Source: Octopus vulgaris | Lineage: Eukaryota | Length of the DNA stretch: 64,000 bases | Direction of reading: 5' to 3' | Assembly (NCBI GenBank): GCA_951406725.2 | Contig: OX597817.1 | Location: 6,138,001-6,202,000 of the forward strand | Part shown: positions 41,131 to 54,249 of the stretch, in pieces | Numbering within the stretch: the stretch's first letter is position 1 | Layout of the letters: each line of letters begins with the position of its first letter | The notes under the pieces: generated by a model | What the model was told of the DNA's origin: nothing | The model's input: the letters and a program-made list of their open reading frames with translations, nothing else | Databases searched by the model: none | Translations under genes and position numbers: made by a program

Positions 41131-44100
41131 TTAAACTGGGTTTCTGACACCCAACATTTTCGCCACTTCCTTCCATCTTTTTTCATACACACCTCGTGGT
41201 AAGGTCTTCTTTTCCAGCCCCATTTTGCACTTCAGATGATATTTGAAGTAAGTGAGCAAGCCGGGGCCTGAGACAAAGGATCCTATTGCGATTCCTTCCA
41301 TTCTTGTACGCCACATGCATTCTTTTACTACTGCAACCGTGCAGTGAAAACATGCCTCACCTTCCTTCGAGAGTCCAGTTGGCGGTATCATCTTAATCAT
41401 AGACTCAGCCGACAGCTGTACTCGTCCCAGATGCGATAACACGTGTTCTGCGTAACCTATCAAGTCTGACAACTGCCGACAGTGTACAAAAGCGTGCTGG
41501 ACGGTTTCATCGTCCAACCCGCATCTTGGACATGTCAGTGGCACTGAAATTCCGTGCCGCGATAACTTCTCGCGAACAGGTAAAGCATTCCTATAACACT
41601 GCCAGGCGAGGGATCTTTGCAAATTATCCAAATACCCCGTCCTGAAAGTCTTTTTAAACAGGCTGGTAAGCTGGTCTTCGTCGAACCCCAGAGCCCCTCC
41701 TAGGACGTCGTCGTTCTTTGCCTCTACCAGCCTGCTATAAAATACCAAGGTGGTATTTCCGCCTTGTCGATCAGTGTGAGTGCCTGTCGGCACTCCTTTT
41801 GCCATAAAGTCAGATTCCGTCTCTTGATGCAACCGGGTTTAAAATTCACTAAGGAAGCCGGTCTCGGGAAAAATTCTCCTGCCACCGGGCTCCACACCTT
41901 ATCACCCTCCAGGTGGTGCCAGAGATGCTTCAGCCTCAACGCATGTCTGCGCATCATCAACCAAGGCATTCCTCACCCACCCTTTAACGGTTCCTGGCAG
42001 CAAACGGTGCGCCTCACAAGTGGCTTTCCTCCCTTCCACAAAAAGCGGAAAAGGATTCGCTCCAACTTGCTAAGCCATGAACCGGGGCAAGGGACAACGG
42101 TCAGGCGGTAAGTGATTACAGATGCAATGGACATCTGTACCACCTCCGCCCTTCCTTTCAAGGACAGAAACCTTCCAGACCAGGTCCGTACTATGGCCTC
42201 CACCTTGTCCGACACCTCACTCCAATTCCTCTCCTTTTGGGAGTCTGGCCCAAACCAAACTCCTAGCAACTTAACAGGACCATCTGTCCAGTGTCCCACG
42301 GCACTGGACGATATCGGCTTGCTCCTCCAGGTGCCGAGGCGTAAGCCAATCGACTTGTCCTTGTTAACTTTTGCTCCTACCACCGCCTCGTATCCTCTGA
42401 TAGCATCTTCTACACAAGGTAGCTGAGCCTCATTGGACACGATGAGGGTGACGTCATCCGCATAAGCAGAAACCGTCCTCCCGCCTCCGATCTCATCCGG
42501 GTTTCTTCCCAGCCTCTCCAACTTTCGCAGCAATGGCTCGAGAGCCAACACGTACAGAAGTGGTGACAAGGGGCACCCTTGACGAACTGAACATTCGATC
42601 GAAAACGGTTCCGTTAGGTAACCGTTCATCTGGACGGTGGACTTGATGCCGCTATACATAGCGGAGATCCACCCGCGAAATTCAGGGCCCTGTCCAGCCG
42701 CTTCGAGGACCGTCGCCAGGTACTTATGGTCTACCCTATCGAACGCTTTACTTTGGTCTAAATGGACCATTACCCCGCCCTTGCCGGTTAATTTACCCAC
42801 CCTAACTAAGGTGTAGCGTATAAGGTGAAGATTGTCCTGAATCGACCTGCCTGGAATTGCACATGTCTGTGCTTTCCCTACAAGTTTCTCCAAGACAGTC
42901 GTCAACCTTTTTGCCAACACCTTGGCCAAAATCTTTAACTCTACATTAAGTAGAGTTATAGGCCTGTAATTACTAATGTTATCCCCCTTGCTCGGGTCTT
43001 TCTGGATTAGCGTCACCACTCCCCGGCTTACAGAACTGGAAATTCTCCCGTTCTGCTGCCAGTTCGCGTAGACGCCTGCCAGTATTCCCCGAACAAGTCC
43101 GGCATACTTTGATAAAACTCGTAGGGCAGACCATCCAACCCCGGCGACTTCTCCCCGGCGCATCCGGCCATTACCACCTCTATCTCCGCGATAGTGATCG
43201 CTCTTTCACAGCACTCCACCTCACGTCCCGAGAGCCGCGGTCCGCCGGTTAGGAAGTCATTTAAGGCCCTCCCCCGCTCCAGCGACCCACCCACCCCGAA
43301 GGCGCGGGCGAAATGCTGGTGAAGAAATTTTTGCATCTCCTCCTCTCCATAGATCTTGTGTCCCTGATCGTCAGTTAAAGACTTGATTGAAGCTTTGTTA
43401 CCTCTCTGACTCTCCACTCGACGGGCCCATCCGGCAACGTTAATACCTTCTCGTTTCCCTGCGCGTAGCTTAGCTCTAACTCTGTAACCTTCGTGTTTGG
43501 AGTTAAGGTGACGAAACAATACCGTCCTTGCCGCCATCACTCCGGATGCAGAGCCAGATTCCATTGCCTCGTTTAGATTCTTAACTAAATCGTCCTCTAT
43601 CCTAGACCTATCTAACCTTAGCTGATTGCTAAATCTAATGGACTCTGAACGAATGGCTCTTTTGAGGGAGTGCCACCATCTATTGTTAATGATGGTGCCA
43701 CATAATGCCCTCTGTACTAACACCTTAATCCGGGTACGGAAGTCTTCACAATTCAAAATAGACTTGTTCAGCTTCCAGTACCCGGGTCCCTGTCTATGGC
43801 ACTTATCTAATTGCACCCTACAAGTCACAAATTTGTGATCCGTGTAAGGCATAATGTGAAACTGTGGACAACTAAACGTATCCTTGTCTCTTTTCCTAAC
43901 GAATATCCTATCTATATACGATCTGCGTGAGCTGTCGTTGTTACTCCACGTCCACTGTGGAACGCTCGGCTCATCCAGTCGATAACGGTCTACTAGATTA
44001 AAGCTCTCTAGTAGACCCTTGAGGCTAGGGTTCCCCTTCCTATTGGTTGAGCCAACACTGTCGACCCGCGCTTCGAGGACAGTGTTAAAGTCCCCTACTA

Positions 44101-44502
44101 AGACTACCGTTTTCGACGTCACTAAAAAGTGCTCCAGATTCCGAAAAAAACCGACTGCCTACACTCATTCGGAGCGTAGACAGCTACCAACCTGAAGGAC
44201 TGTTTACTTACGTGGGTCACATCCAGATCGACCAGCCTGTCTTCTGGGTCCAGAAAGACAGTACTTACCTGCAAGTCCAAGCTCTTCCTGATAAGGACCG
44301 CCACGCCCCTTCCTCCTCCTCGGCTAGGAAAAATAAATTTCTCGAAACCATTTAGAAGAGGCGGGAACACTTGGGCCCCGTTCATCTTGGACTCGGTTAC
44401 AATAGCTACGTCCACTCCGTGTGTCGTGAGGTAGTTCAGGAGACAAATTTGTTTCCATTTCGACCCCATTCCACGCACATTCACACAACCCAGCTTTGCC
44501 AT
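41131..44502 (-). pseudogene. Tx1-type ORF2 (APE endonuclease, RT, C-terminal zinc finger), three frameshifts and one in-frame stop
   Basis: NVRG, VYAPN, VGDFN, YIDRIF, TDHK, PGLDG, NYRPITLLN, LDQSKAFDRVDH, VRQGCPLSP, YADD, CPRC...H...C. Confidence 0.9.
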
Positions 44503-44527
44503 TGTCGGAGAAAGAAAAAAAATAAAC

Positions 44528-45963
44528 TTACGGTTGGGACAGGGAGCATGACAGTTTAAATCTGCATGCTTCCCATTCTTCCTCCCTTGTGGTCGTAGCT
44601 GCAGCGCTCTTAACCGGCGTTGCCATCGGGCTCTGGGTAGGTGTGGTTGCCGGGGTTATAGTAAGTTTGCCCTCCAGTATTTCGTTAGTTACGTCTCTGA
44701 TAAGGTTATTTTTTAAATGTTCTTGGAGTGTTTTTTCCTTCCACTCGTCTTCCTTTATTTTTGCAAAACGAATGGTTGATTTAGTGTCTGCAGACTTACT
44801 GAATAATTTCAGTTTTGAAAATTTTAAATACTTAAACATTCTATCGTTCTTCTCGTCGAATGCTACAATCTTTTCATTTTTTTTATCAATTTTTTCCAAT
44901 CTTGTTTTATGGGGTGGGGCTTGGCGAACTGTGTTCCAATGAATACAGTGCCGTGGGGGTAGGGCTGGGGAATTTGTTTTGTATGTATCTCTGCGGTGTT
45001 TGCTGATTTTTTCTTTGTTTGGGGAGGGGAGTCCAGGGTATTTTCTTTTTTTCTTTTGTGTGTCACCTGCGTAAATTCCATTTGTTCATTTTTATCTTCT
45101 GTTTCGATTCCCTTCCTTGTCGGAGTCTTGGTGTCTTTTTCCGCCTTTTCTTTTTCTGTGTTTGAAGCACTTTGAGGAGGGGCTTCGCTGTTTTTCTCTT
45201 TTTTTTATGCAGTTCGAGCGGACGTGACCCTTTTCACCACATTTGAAACACCTAGGTCTGCGGCTCTCCACTGACACTATCATTGAAATTCCCTCCTCAA
45301 TAAATACCCTATCGGGTAAGTTTTCTAGCACATTATTTTCTGCTTGAACGAGGAGTTTGAGCGCTTGTCCCTTCCAGTTTACCTCCTCTTTCGTTTTCAT
45401 CTGCAGAATTGAGACTTTCTGCTCTACGTCGTGCAGAACCGCCGCTGCTACCCACATTATATCATATCCTCTTGGTATATCTTCCACATATAGTTTCGCA
45501 GTTCTTTTGCCCATATAGGTAAGTAGTAACATAATGTCCTCATTTGTTAAGGTCATTGATGAAATTTCTCTTGCCACATCAGCCGAGTCGAAATGTGCTT
45601 CAACGGTAGCGCTGCGAGCACCTCGACCGACGTAGCGAATTTGTTCCACACCGGGGACAAGCACTTCTCTACTATTTCGTTCTTCACGTCCATTATTCTT
45701 TTCTCTTTGTAACTGTAAACCTTGTACACGACTGTCTTGGCCTTTATTTCCTGTAATATTGCTTGCGGCGGTACCAGTTTTATTTCGTTGCCTTCCTTTT
45801 TGACCAAGTTCCGGTATTCGAACAACTGTTCTATTTTGAATTCCACTTCCGTTACGGTTCCGCCCACTGCGGCCGAAAAAGACTGTTTTCTAACCTCGAT
45901 ATCCTTCTGTTCGCCTTTTCCCATCACGGGACAGTCGCTCCTCGACGCCAAGTCGAACTCCAT
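44528..45963 (-). pseudogene. Tx1-type ORF1 with CCHC zinc knuckle, frameshifted
   Basis: CFKCGEKGHVRSNC. Overlapping ORF pieces 45553-45963, 45092-45664, 44863-45081 and 44528-44899 lie directly upstream of ORF2. Confidence 0.82.
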
Positions 45964-46364
45964 TTCTCAAATTATGAGAACTAATTTTTCAAAAAAATTA
46001 CCCCGAAGGTAATAACAATGTTAATACACAGAATTTTCAGCCCCGTAGGGCGAAAATTACTGTCACACAACGAACAATTGTTCAAATTCACGAGCAAACA
46101 CAAACGACGACGAACAAAAAACGAATTCACTCAACAAAATAGGCAGCTAACTTCTCAATACGCAGATGAAAGAGTGGTCCCTAGACGAGTGACAAACCAC
46201 CGGTTTTCGATGAAAAGGTGTTCCAATGCAAATCCTTATATCGTTTTGCCAGTAACTTTTCGTCACTGATCTCGAAAAACTGTCTGCAAGCAATAATAAA
46301 TCTCTGAACGAAGTATAAACAGTAACTGCACTACACTGTGAGATATACATGCCATCTCAATGTT

Positions 46365-46650
46365 AGGCATGGTATGGTGGGGTTCCCACGATCGCGAGAT
46401 CGTTTGCAATCCTAGAGCGGCTGTTGCGGTTGCTGCAAGACAGTTCATCTCGCATTACTCTGCGATCACTTCGACACCTGATGCGCGGTACACCGCGCAC
46501 CTGTTCAGTTGATATCTATTTGATGGAGGGTAGGAGCTAATATGCACGGCACATACATTTAATTACAATAAAGAAATCAGATGCGCTGCTCGTTCGAGAA
46601 AGGTTGAAAGTTAAACATTCACAGATCGTCTTCAATGAGGACGCCCAGGA
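46365..46650 (+). mobile_element. Old SINE-like repeat (family E)
   Basis: Degenerate tRNA-like head. Similar to 37465-37700. Confidence 0.5.
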
Positions 46651-46659
46651 TACATACAT

Positions 46660-46729
<70 letters not shown>

Positions 46730-46759
46730 GAGGATGGAAAGGGACACACGAGTTGATAT

Positions 46760-47345
46760 ATATGAAAAAACAAGATAGAAAATGCTAAAATAATTTTTTA
46801 AAGAACATTTCAGTACGGGTTTCGGGTCATTTGAGACCTTTTCAACTGTAACAATTAAAATAATTGAATTTAGAAAAAATAAAAGAAAAGTTTTTTTAAA
46901 AGAATATTTGTATAGTGTTCAAATACAAGTGGCATTTTCCTTGTTTCTGCCTCTCTCTGTCTTTCTTGTTTACTCTTGTGGGTTAAAAGTCCATGTGAAC
47001 TGGTAGCAACCGCTGACAAACGACAATCAAGGCAATCCCAAATTCTTCCTCCCCTTCTCCCCACCCCCCTCCTCCTACTCCTTCTTCTTCTCCCCTACCA
47101 AGAATTCACATGGACCTTGAACCCACAAGAGTAAACAAGAGAGACAGGCAGAAACAAGGAAAATGCCACTTGTATTTGAACACTAAACAAATATTCTGTA
47201 AAAAAAAACTTTTCTTTTAAATTTTCTAAATTCAATTATTTTAATTGTTACAGTTGAAAAGGTCTCAAATGACCAAAACCGGGACTGAAATATACTTTAT
47301 AAAATTATTTTAGCATCTTCTATCTTGACTTGTTTTTTCATATAT
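46760..47345. mobile_element. About 580-bp foldback element (about 240-bp inverted arms, about 90-bp spacer) with an HHR-shaped motif in each arm
   Basis: caagatagaaaatgctaaaataat...gtccatgtgaa and ttcacatggac...attattttagcatcttctatcttg are reverse complements. Flanked by TA runs. Confidence 0.85.
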
Positions 47346-47419
47346 ATATATATATACATATATACATATACATACACACACACACGCGCGCATACACACA
47401 TATATCTATACATATTCTG

Positions 47420-47560
47420 CGGATTTCTTTCAGTTTCCGTCAACCAAATCCACACACAAGGCTTTCGTTGACGTGGGACTATAGTTCAAGATATTTACCC
47501 AAATTACCTTGCAGTGAGGCTCGATCCAGGACTACGATGTTGGGAAACAAACTTCTTAAT
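47420..47560 (-). mobile_element. SINE family A 5' fragment (diverged)
   Basis: ttctttcagtttccgtcaaccaaatccac is the reverse complement of family A. Confidence 0.65.
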
Positions 47561-48570
47561 AACATATTAATGTAAATCAATTTCCTCGGAAGAATTTCTA
47601 ATTAACCATTTGCTTTATGCATAAATGATAGTAATTAATGTTGGGAAACAAGCTTATTGCTCTGAAATAATTCTAGAATAATTAATCCTTGATTGGGTTT
47701 TCAAACAAAACCTTCTCGGAATAAATTTATAGTTTCATTCGACCAGCATCACCGAAACAGATGCTAGATAAAATTAATTACCTGTTAATAATTACATCTA
47801 TAAAATGCGAGATATTAACTTTTTCTTATCTCATTTTATATCTTAAATCTGTTAAACTCTTGTTTCGCAAGACGTATATGCTGTGTGTGTGGTGGTGATG
47901 TACGCACGCGTGTGTGTTGGTGAGAATGAGACTTAGGATAATGCAAATAGATATCAGCGAACGAGGAAGTATCTACGTATTTAAGTATTCCCCATGCTTT
48001 ATTTCTCTAGTCTTATAAGAATGTTTTCATTGTTCTTTCGGGAGATATTCTTTTCCAAAACACTCTCTCACCGTGTAAAAACAAAATATTTGTTATAACA
48101 TATCATTTTGTTTTTACAAATATATTTTTAGAAATAATGCTGTTGAATAAATTCTAAACTTCAGAATAACAAGTCTCATATGTTCTTCTAGGTATAGCAA
48201 TATTTTTTGAATGACGAAGTATTTGTAATATTTTACGTATTGCTGACATCTTCTCTTATGCCTATTCGTGTAGTCAGTATATTGATTTAGTAGTTATGTC
48301 CTTGAGTGCTTAGATTTGAGCACTGCAAAATGTATGATGATAGTTTAACCATCAGTATAATCACTGTATTTTAAGCCTGAATTTTAACAAATATATACTG
48401 ACAGACAGACAGACAAACACATATGCAGACACAAACACAATCCCGTAATAACAACACACACACTCATCTATATATGCATGTATGTATGAATAGATGGAAT
48501 AGTTAAATACATATGCGACACGGCGATGAGTATGTGTGTGTGTATATATACATGTACAATTGTATGTGTA

Positions 48571-48640
<70 letters not shown>

Positions 48641-48680
48641 TATATATGTATATATATATGTATATATATGTATATACATA

Positions 48681-48748
<68 letters not shown>

Positions 48749-49174
48749 CATATACGCACATATGTGTGTGTGTATGTGTGCGTATGTTTGTGTGTGTGTG
48801 GCGTATCAGTGGAAGAGTTTAAATTATTTATTATGTAAGGCTAGTCAGAACATGTTCATAGACAAGGTCTTCTGCCAACAAAGAATATCGCTACTGCATT
48901 CATTCCCATGCTGTTCATGAACGTCATCATTTCCGTCATTGTGACGATGATGACATTAAGGAAGAAGGAACATCGGTTTCGTTTTTGCGTCTTCGTGATC
49001 TTCCCTATTACATATATGTGTGTGTGTGTGTATGTGTGTGTGTCTGTGTGTGCTTTGTAAACTCAGTACTTATTCTATCGGCTTCTCATGCCGAGCCGCT
49101 AAGTTTCGAGGACATAAATATACCAGCATCGGTTGTCAGGCGTTAATGGGGTGTGAAAAACAAACACACACACA

Positions 49175-49239
<65 letters not shown>

Positions 49240-49487
49240 TTATAATGGTATTAAAGCTTGTGGGTATCACCGTGCAATGAATAATGAACCAGCCGCCCTC
49301 CTTCTGTCAAATTTAAGATCTATATTAGTCCGTATTTGTTTTTATGTAAACAAACTTTCTCTATATGCCTTTGGCGCGAATGGTTTTGTTACACGGTGCT
49401 ATATTTTACAATCACCGTGCAATGACTTAAGGAAAATAGTCTAATAACGGGACATATAAATGCTCGACAGAAAAAAGAAGGCTTTCC

Positions 49488-49559
49488 TATCCGCGTGGGG
49501 CTCGAACCCACATCTCTTTGTTAACGCGACTAAGTGTGTTACCTTTACACCTGCGATCC
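49488..49559 (-). pseudogene. tRNA-like sequence (pseudogene or isolated SINE head)
   Basis: Minus strand has a D-arm-like gtgtaaaggtaacac and a T-arm gtgggTTCGAgccccac. Anticodon and acceptor arms are imperfect. Confidence 0.5.
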
Positions 49560-49589
49560 ATTGGCACCGAAATCATATATAGAAAGAAC

Positions 49590-50450
49590 CCCTTTTATGA
49601 TTTTTGAGGAGGACTCTAAACTTCTGAAGGCCGTCGACTGGGCAGGAGACCAGACTAATCTTCAATCGGATCTGCATATTGTGTTTATCCGATGGGCAGA
49701 AAAACAATTTGCAGCTAAACGAGATTAAATTTCAATGAATTGACTTCAATTTAAACTACCATATACATTTCATTTGGGCGAAAATCTTGTGGCATCTGTC
49801 AGCACCGGGGACCTCTGAGTGACTGTCGACAACAGGTTACGCTAGACTACCCATATAAACAAAAAAGTCGACATGACTACAGAGTTGCTCGTCAACACTC
49901 ATGACTTTCCTATCTAGAGAAACTCCTACCTTCTTCCTTCTCTTCTCCACCTTCGCTGTCCTCAACTTGAATACTATTGCCCACTATGGTCTCCCTACAC
50001 AAAACAAAATATCATAACAACTGAAACACTTTACAGATTGATCATAAAAAATAAATAGACGATATGACGTCTTGAATATTGGGATCCTCCAACGTTACCA
50101 TGAGCGGTATTTATTTGTATGATGTGAAAAATAGCCCCAAAGCGCTGTCCCAGTAATAAAGGAATTAACTTTAAAATTCACCCAAAGCTTGATCTTCATG
50201 CCATCCTTCCTCTACCAAAAATCATGTCCGCATCACATTAGTACACAAAGACAGAGCTAATTTACCTCAACTGGCCCTGCTCCCTTTAATATTTAGCCAA
50301 GACACATAAGAGAAGAAAATGATCTCATAGCATTTAAACAGGCCCTGCGCAAATGTCTTCAATAATTTCCAGATAAAACACTTACACCAGGATATATTTC
50401 AGCGAACAAGAACTTTTTACTCGCATGGTCTATGGTGTCCATTCAATGAC
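49590..50450 (+). mobile_element. Old CR1/L2-group LINE 3' relic
   Basis: FEEDSKLLKAV...LQSDL...WAE (cf. FADD.K) and PQLEYYCPLWSPY. Confidence 0.65.
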
Positions 50451-50599
50451 ATAATATGAATCCTTAAAAACCTTTACCCAGCGGTGCTAATAACTTAGAC
50501 GTAGCCTAAGTATATATATCTATGTATGATACACACACATGTAGGTGTTATTGTTCAGTTCTATTTTTAAGATCTCTGACTGAACATGAGTCTTTAAAA

Positions 50600-51850
50600 G
50601 GCATTTTGTGCTTAACATGTAATATTTCCAATTTTTTATAGTAGTCCGTAGTTGCTTTGCATATGCTTGTTTCTAATAGTCAATCCAGAGTATTAAAAAA
50701 GCGTCACAATTGTGAAGAGATGTGTCTATCAGTGATTATATAGTAACGAGTTGGGGGCCTGTGTTTTAGTTGTACTTTCTTTTATTCTGACTGTTTGCAT
50801 GAATTCATTTTATCTAACAACATCTACCTCACAAATATTATACAGATGAAGGACATTATGTATCTATTATAGTTATTTTATTTTATAGGTATTCTACGTA
50901 TAATGGTGCTGTGCAATGTCTTATTTTATGAGTGTTATTTTATTGGAAATATCGAACAATGTCCCTGATATTACACGTTTTGAATGTTAAATAATTTTCC
51001 ACCTATAGCAATGACGTTATTTGGAATTTCTCATCATATGTAACTGATAGTTATACTAAATCCTCTAATATTTGTCGTAAACATTTGCCCTTCTCCATAG
51101 CATTAGTTCCTCATTAGAAACTTAGTTTTTATTTTGAGCAATTAATTAGAGAATTTCCTGTTTAGTCTTAAATCGTATTTATTAATGCCAGCTTTCCACA
51201 CCAACCTGGCGTAGTTACATTTTATTCCTATATAAGTCCTTATCTTTTGCTAGTTTCGTCATCTTAGCTAGCGTTAAATATTTCAAAATTGCACTTCATC
51301 ACTGCATGGTGGTCTTCTATTTTTATATCTCTATGTTTCATTTTCCATCCTAGCAATATATCACTAAATTTATTATAGCCTCCATATTAACTAATTTTAG
51401 TAGTTGGTGTTGTAAGATATCATTATGATACTGTTGGAGATTTTCCACAAGTTGTTATTGTTTCGGCTTCTCGCCTACTTTAATAATTCATGATTTTACA
51501 GCAAAATAGTTTTCAAGCGTGGAAGAAAAAAACAATAACCATTCACCAAACTCTCCTTCTCTTCTACCGTAGCTCTTGACAGTTTGTTGATTTATGTTGC
51601 GATATATATTTATTCAGTTGTATTACTTAATGTTAATGGGTATGGATTCTTTTTCATCAGAAGGTTTCGAGATATTTTGGATTTTTTCTTCTCAGCCATG
51701 AAGCAAAATGAAAAATTTGCTACGTTCACATTTTTGTTGAATTTGTTGGGTTGACACAGATAGTTTGAATGGTTAATGTGGTTTATTCTGGGAATATTTG
51801 ATCTGAAACAGCTTTTAAGTTTGCCGCAAACACTCGTTCTCATTATTATT
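50600..51850 (-). mobile_element. Possible very old R4/Dong-like LINE N-terminal relic
   Basis: Weak motifs (INKL..ATV; ME..I......DI.RME) on the minus strand. Poorly conserved. Confidence 0.25.
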
Positions 51851-53514
51851 TGTTCGTTATAGTTTGTTATTTTAGCAATAAAATAGTTTAATATACGTTA
51901 ATATACGTCTTTATAATACACAATCCTGTTCAATATTCATACATTACATCCCTCCGAACACTACACTAACAAGTTGCATTTTAATACTACGCAGTATTGA
52001 ACTTGTTAAACAAACTAACACATTTTTTTCTGCATTAGCACATAGCAATTTAAGCAAAAATATCATAGTAACATTATTTCATTTTCTTGCTGAAAGTCTT
52101 CTTCAATTCACTTAGAGTACTCACTGACATTAAAAGAATATATATATATATATATATGTATGTATGTGTGTGTGCGTGTGTGTGTGTGTGCAACGTATTT
52201 AAACATTACACATTTTGGAAGAAGGCTAGTTACTTTAAGGTATAGGAGTAGGCAAATTACGTAATTCCTAATGTTCAACTGAAACCTATTCTAACATCCT
52301 GAAAGGCTGGAAGCTAAAGTCGATCTCGGCGGAATTTGAACGTAGATCGTAAAGAGCTGGAAGGAATTAGACATTTTGTCTGACTCGCTATTGGTTCTTT
52401 AACAAAATTGATAACACTAGTAAAGAAGTATAACTAGCAGAAATTAAAACAGTGTCGACCAAGAAGAACAGCAGTTTGATGAAATGGAAAGAGACAAGTT
52501 TAAATTCTCTATTGAATGTAATTCAGTCTATTATAAATAAAATAGTCAACTTTGATAGTAAAAGTTTTAAATGTTTCCTGAAAGAGTTATTGCAAAAGCA
52601 AAAGTTTTCTTTGCATCTGTTTTTATTACTCGTTAACGCCCATGGAGGAGAACCGGCTGAACATACCTACTTAATAGTTAGTGTTTTTTAGAGTCATATT
52701 GATTACATTGTCTGTGTGCTTACGGTTCTTAGTTTTTAATACTGGCTGTTATGTCGACTTTTGTTCTCTTATCTTTGCTAAAAACTCTCCCCAGTTAGAT
52801 ATAACTTTCTGCCCGTATGTTTTCTTTTTCTATTTTCGGGTGAATTGAATTCGATTAGTAGTCATCACTACCGTTTTTCTAGTATCAATTTTAAGATGAT
52901 TTTAAATTGAATATATTGCCAGGCTAACTCTACACTTCTTTTAGTTAACGTTCAGTCGATGAAAAGGAAAAGAGAAAAAACAAAGAAAGATGATTGGAAA
53001 TTATAGATATTCTATGTGATTTTTTTTATGTTTCATTACCGCCAAGTCTATATATTCAACAACTAAATTTAATCACAAAGGATGACACAGCTTTGAGGGC
53101 ATTTTGTTTTAACTTCCAACCAGTTTGTTATTTTGTTGTCAATGATAGAGTACCGTTTGATGAATTTATTAATCCTATTTTCTCTGTTAAATTACTTTAA
53201 GGGAAAACTATAATTACTTGGTGTTTCCTGCGAACGTCTCCATGAAACGCTCCAGAGGTCTAAACATTATATATGACACATAAAAAGCATCAATCATCTG
53301 TCCTGTCTATTTTCATATGTGCCAATTGACCTCATTGTTTTATGAGTAGCAGGCGACATTAATAATGTACTACAATAGAAGCATATGTGTTTCATGTCAC
53401 CAATATTCTATTATCGTCTCCGCCAATATTCATTCTGAACATTGAAATCATTCTTTAGTATCTCACTCTTGATATTCCTTCTTTCCTGTATTCATTCGTT
53501 GAAGACAAATACCT

Positions 53515-53922
53515 ATTTCTTTACTACCCACAAGGGGCTAAACGTAGAGGGGACAAACAAGGACAGACAAACGGATTAAGTCGATTATATCGACCCCAGT
53601 GCGGAACTGGTACTTATATAAACGACCCCGAAAGGATGAAAGGCAAAGTCGACATCAAGGGAATTTGAACGCAGAACGTAAAGACAGACGAAATACCTAT
53701 TTCGTTACTACCCACAAGGGGCTAAACACAGAGGGGACAAACAAGGACAGACAAACAGATTAAGTCGATTACATCGACCCCAGTGCGTAACTGGTACTTA
53801 TTTAATCGACCCCGAAAGGATGAAAGGCAAAGTCGACCTCGGCGGAATTTGAACTCAGAACGTAACGGCATACGAAATACGGCTACGCATTTCGCCCGGC
53901 GTGCTAACGTTTCTGCCAGCTC
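53515..53922 (-). mobile_element. SINE family B dimer with 11-bp TSD
   Basis: Two units. Direct repeat gacaaatacct at 53504-53514 and 53923-53933. Confidence 0.88.
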
Positions 53923-54004
53923 GACAAATACCTTTATTCTAAAGGATATGTCTGAATTTGCTTACATTTCCTGTATACCAGATGTGTAAAAATGGTTTGA
54001 AACG

Positions 54005-54200
54005 TTGGCACAGAACCAGCAGTTTTTGAGGGGAGAGGGATATCGTTTACATTAATCTCAGTAATTGACTGGTATTTATTTTATCGACGGTGAAGGGGAT
54101 GACAAGCAAAATTGACTTCTGAGGAACTTTATCTTAGAATATAAAAGTAGACGAAATGCCGCTAAGCATTTTACCGACATGCTAACCACACTGCCGGCTC
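54005..54200 (-). mobile_element. Diverged SINE family B-related copy
   Basis: ggtatttattttatcgac...gacgaaatgccgctaagcattt. Confidence 0.65.
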
Positions 54201-54249
54201 ACTGATTTATACTAGATGTGTTATAATCTTAGAAAAATTTGATTTTATA

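Larger units (their letters stand above)
40880..46197 (-). mobile_element. Full-length Tx1/L1-group LINE with 14-bp TSD
   Basis: ORF1 plus ORF2 (APE, RT, zinc finger). TSD caccggttttcgat at 40866-40879 and 46198-46211. AATAAA at the 3' end, no long poly(A). Confidence 0.92.
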
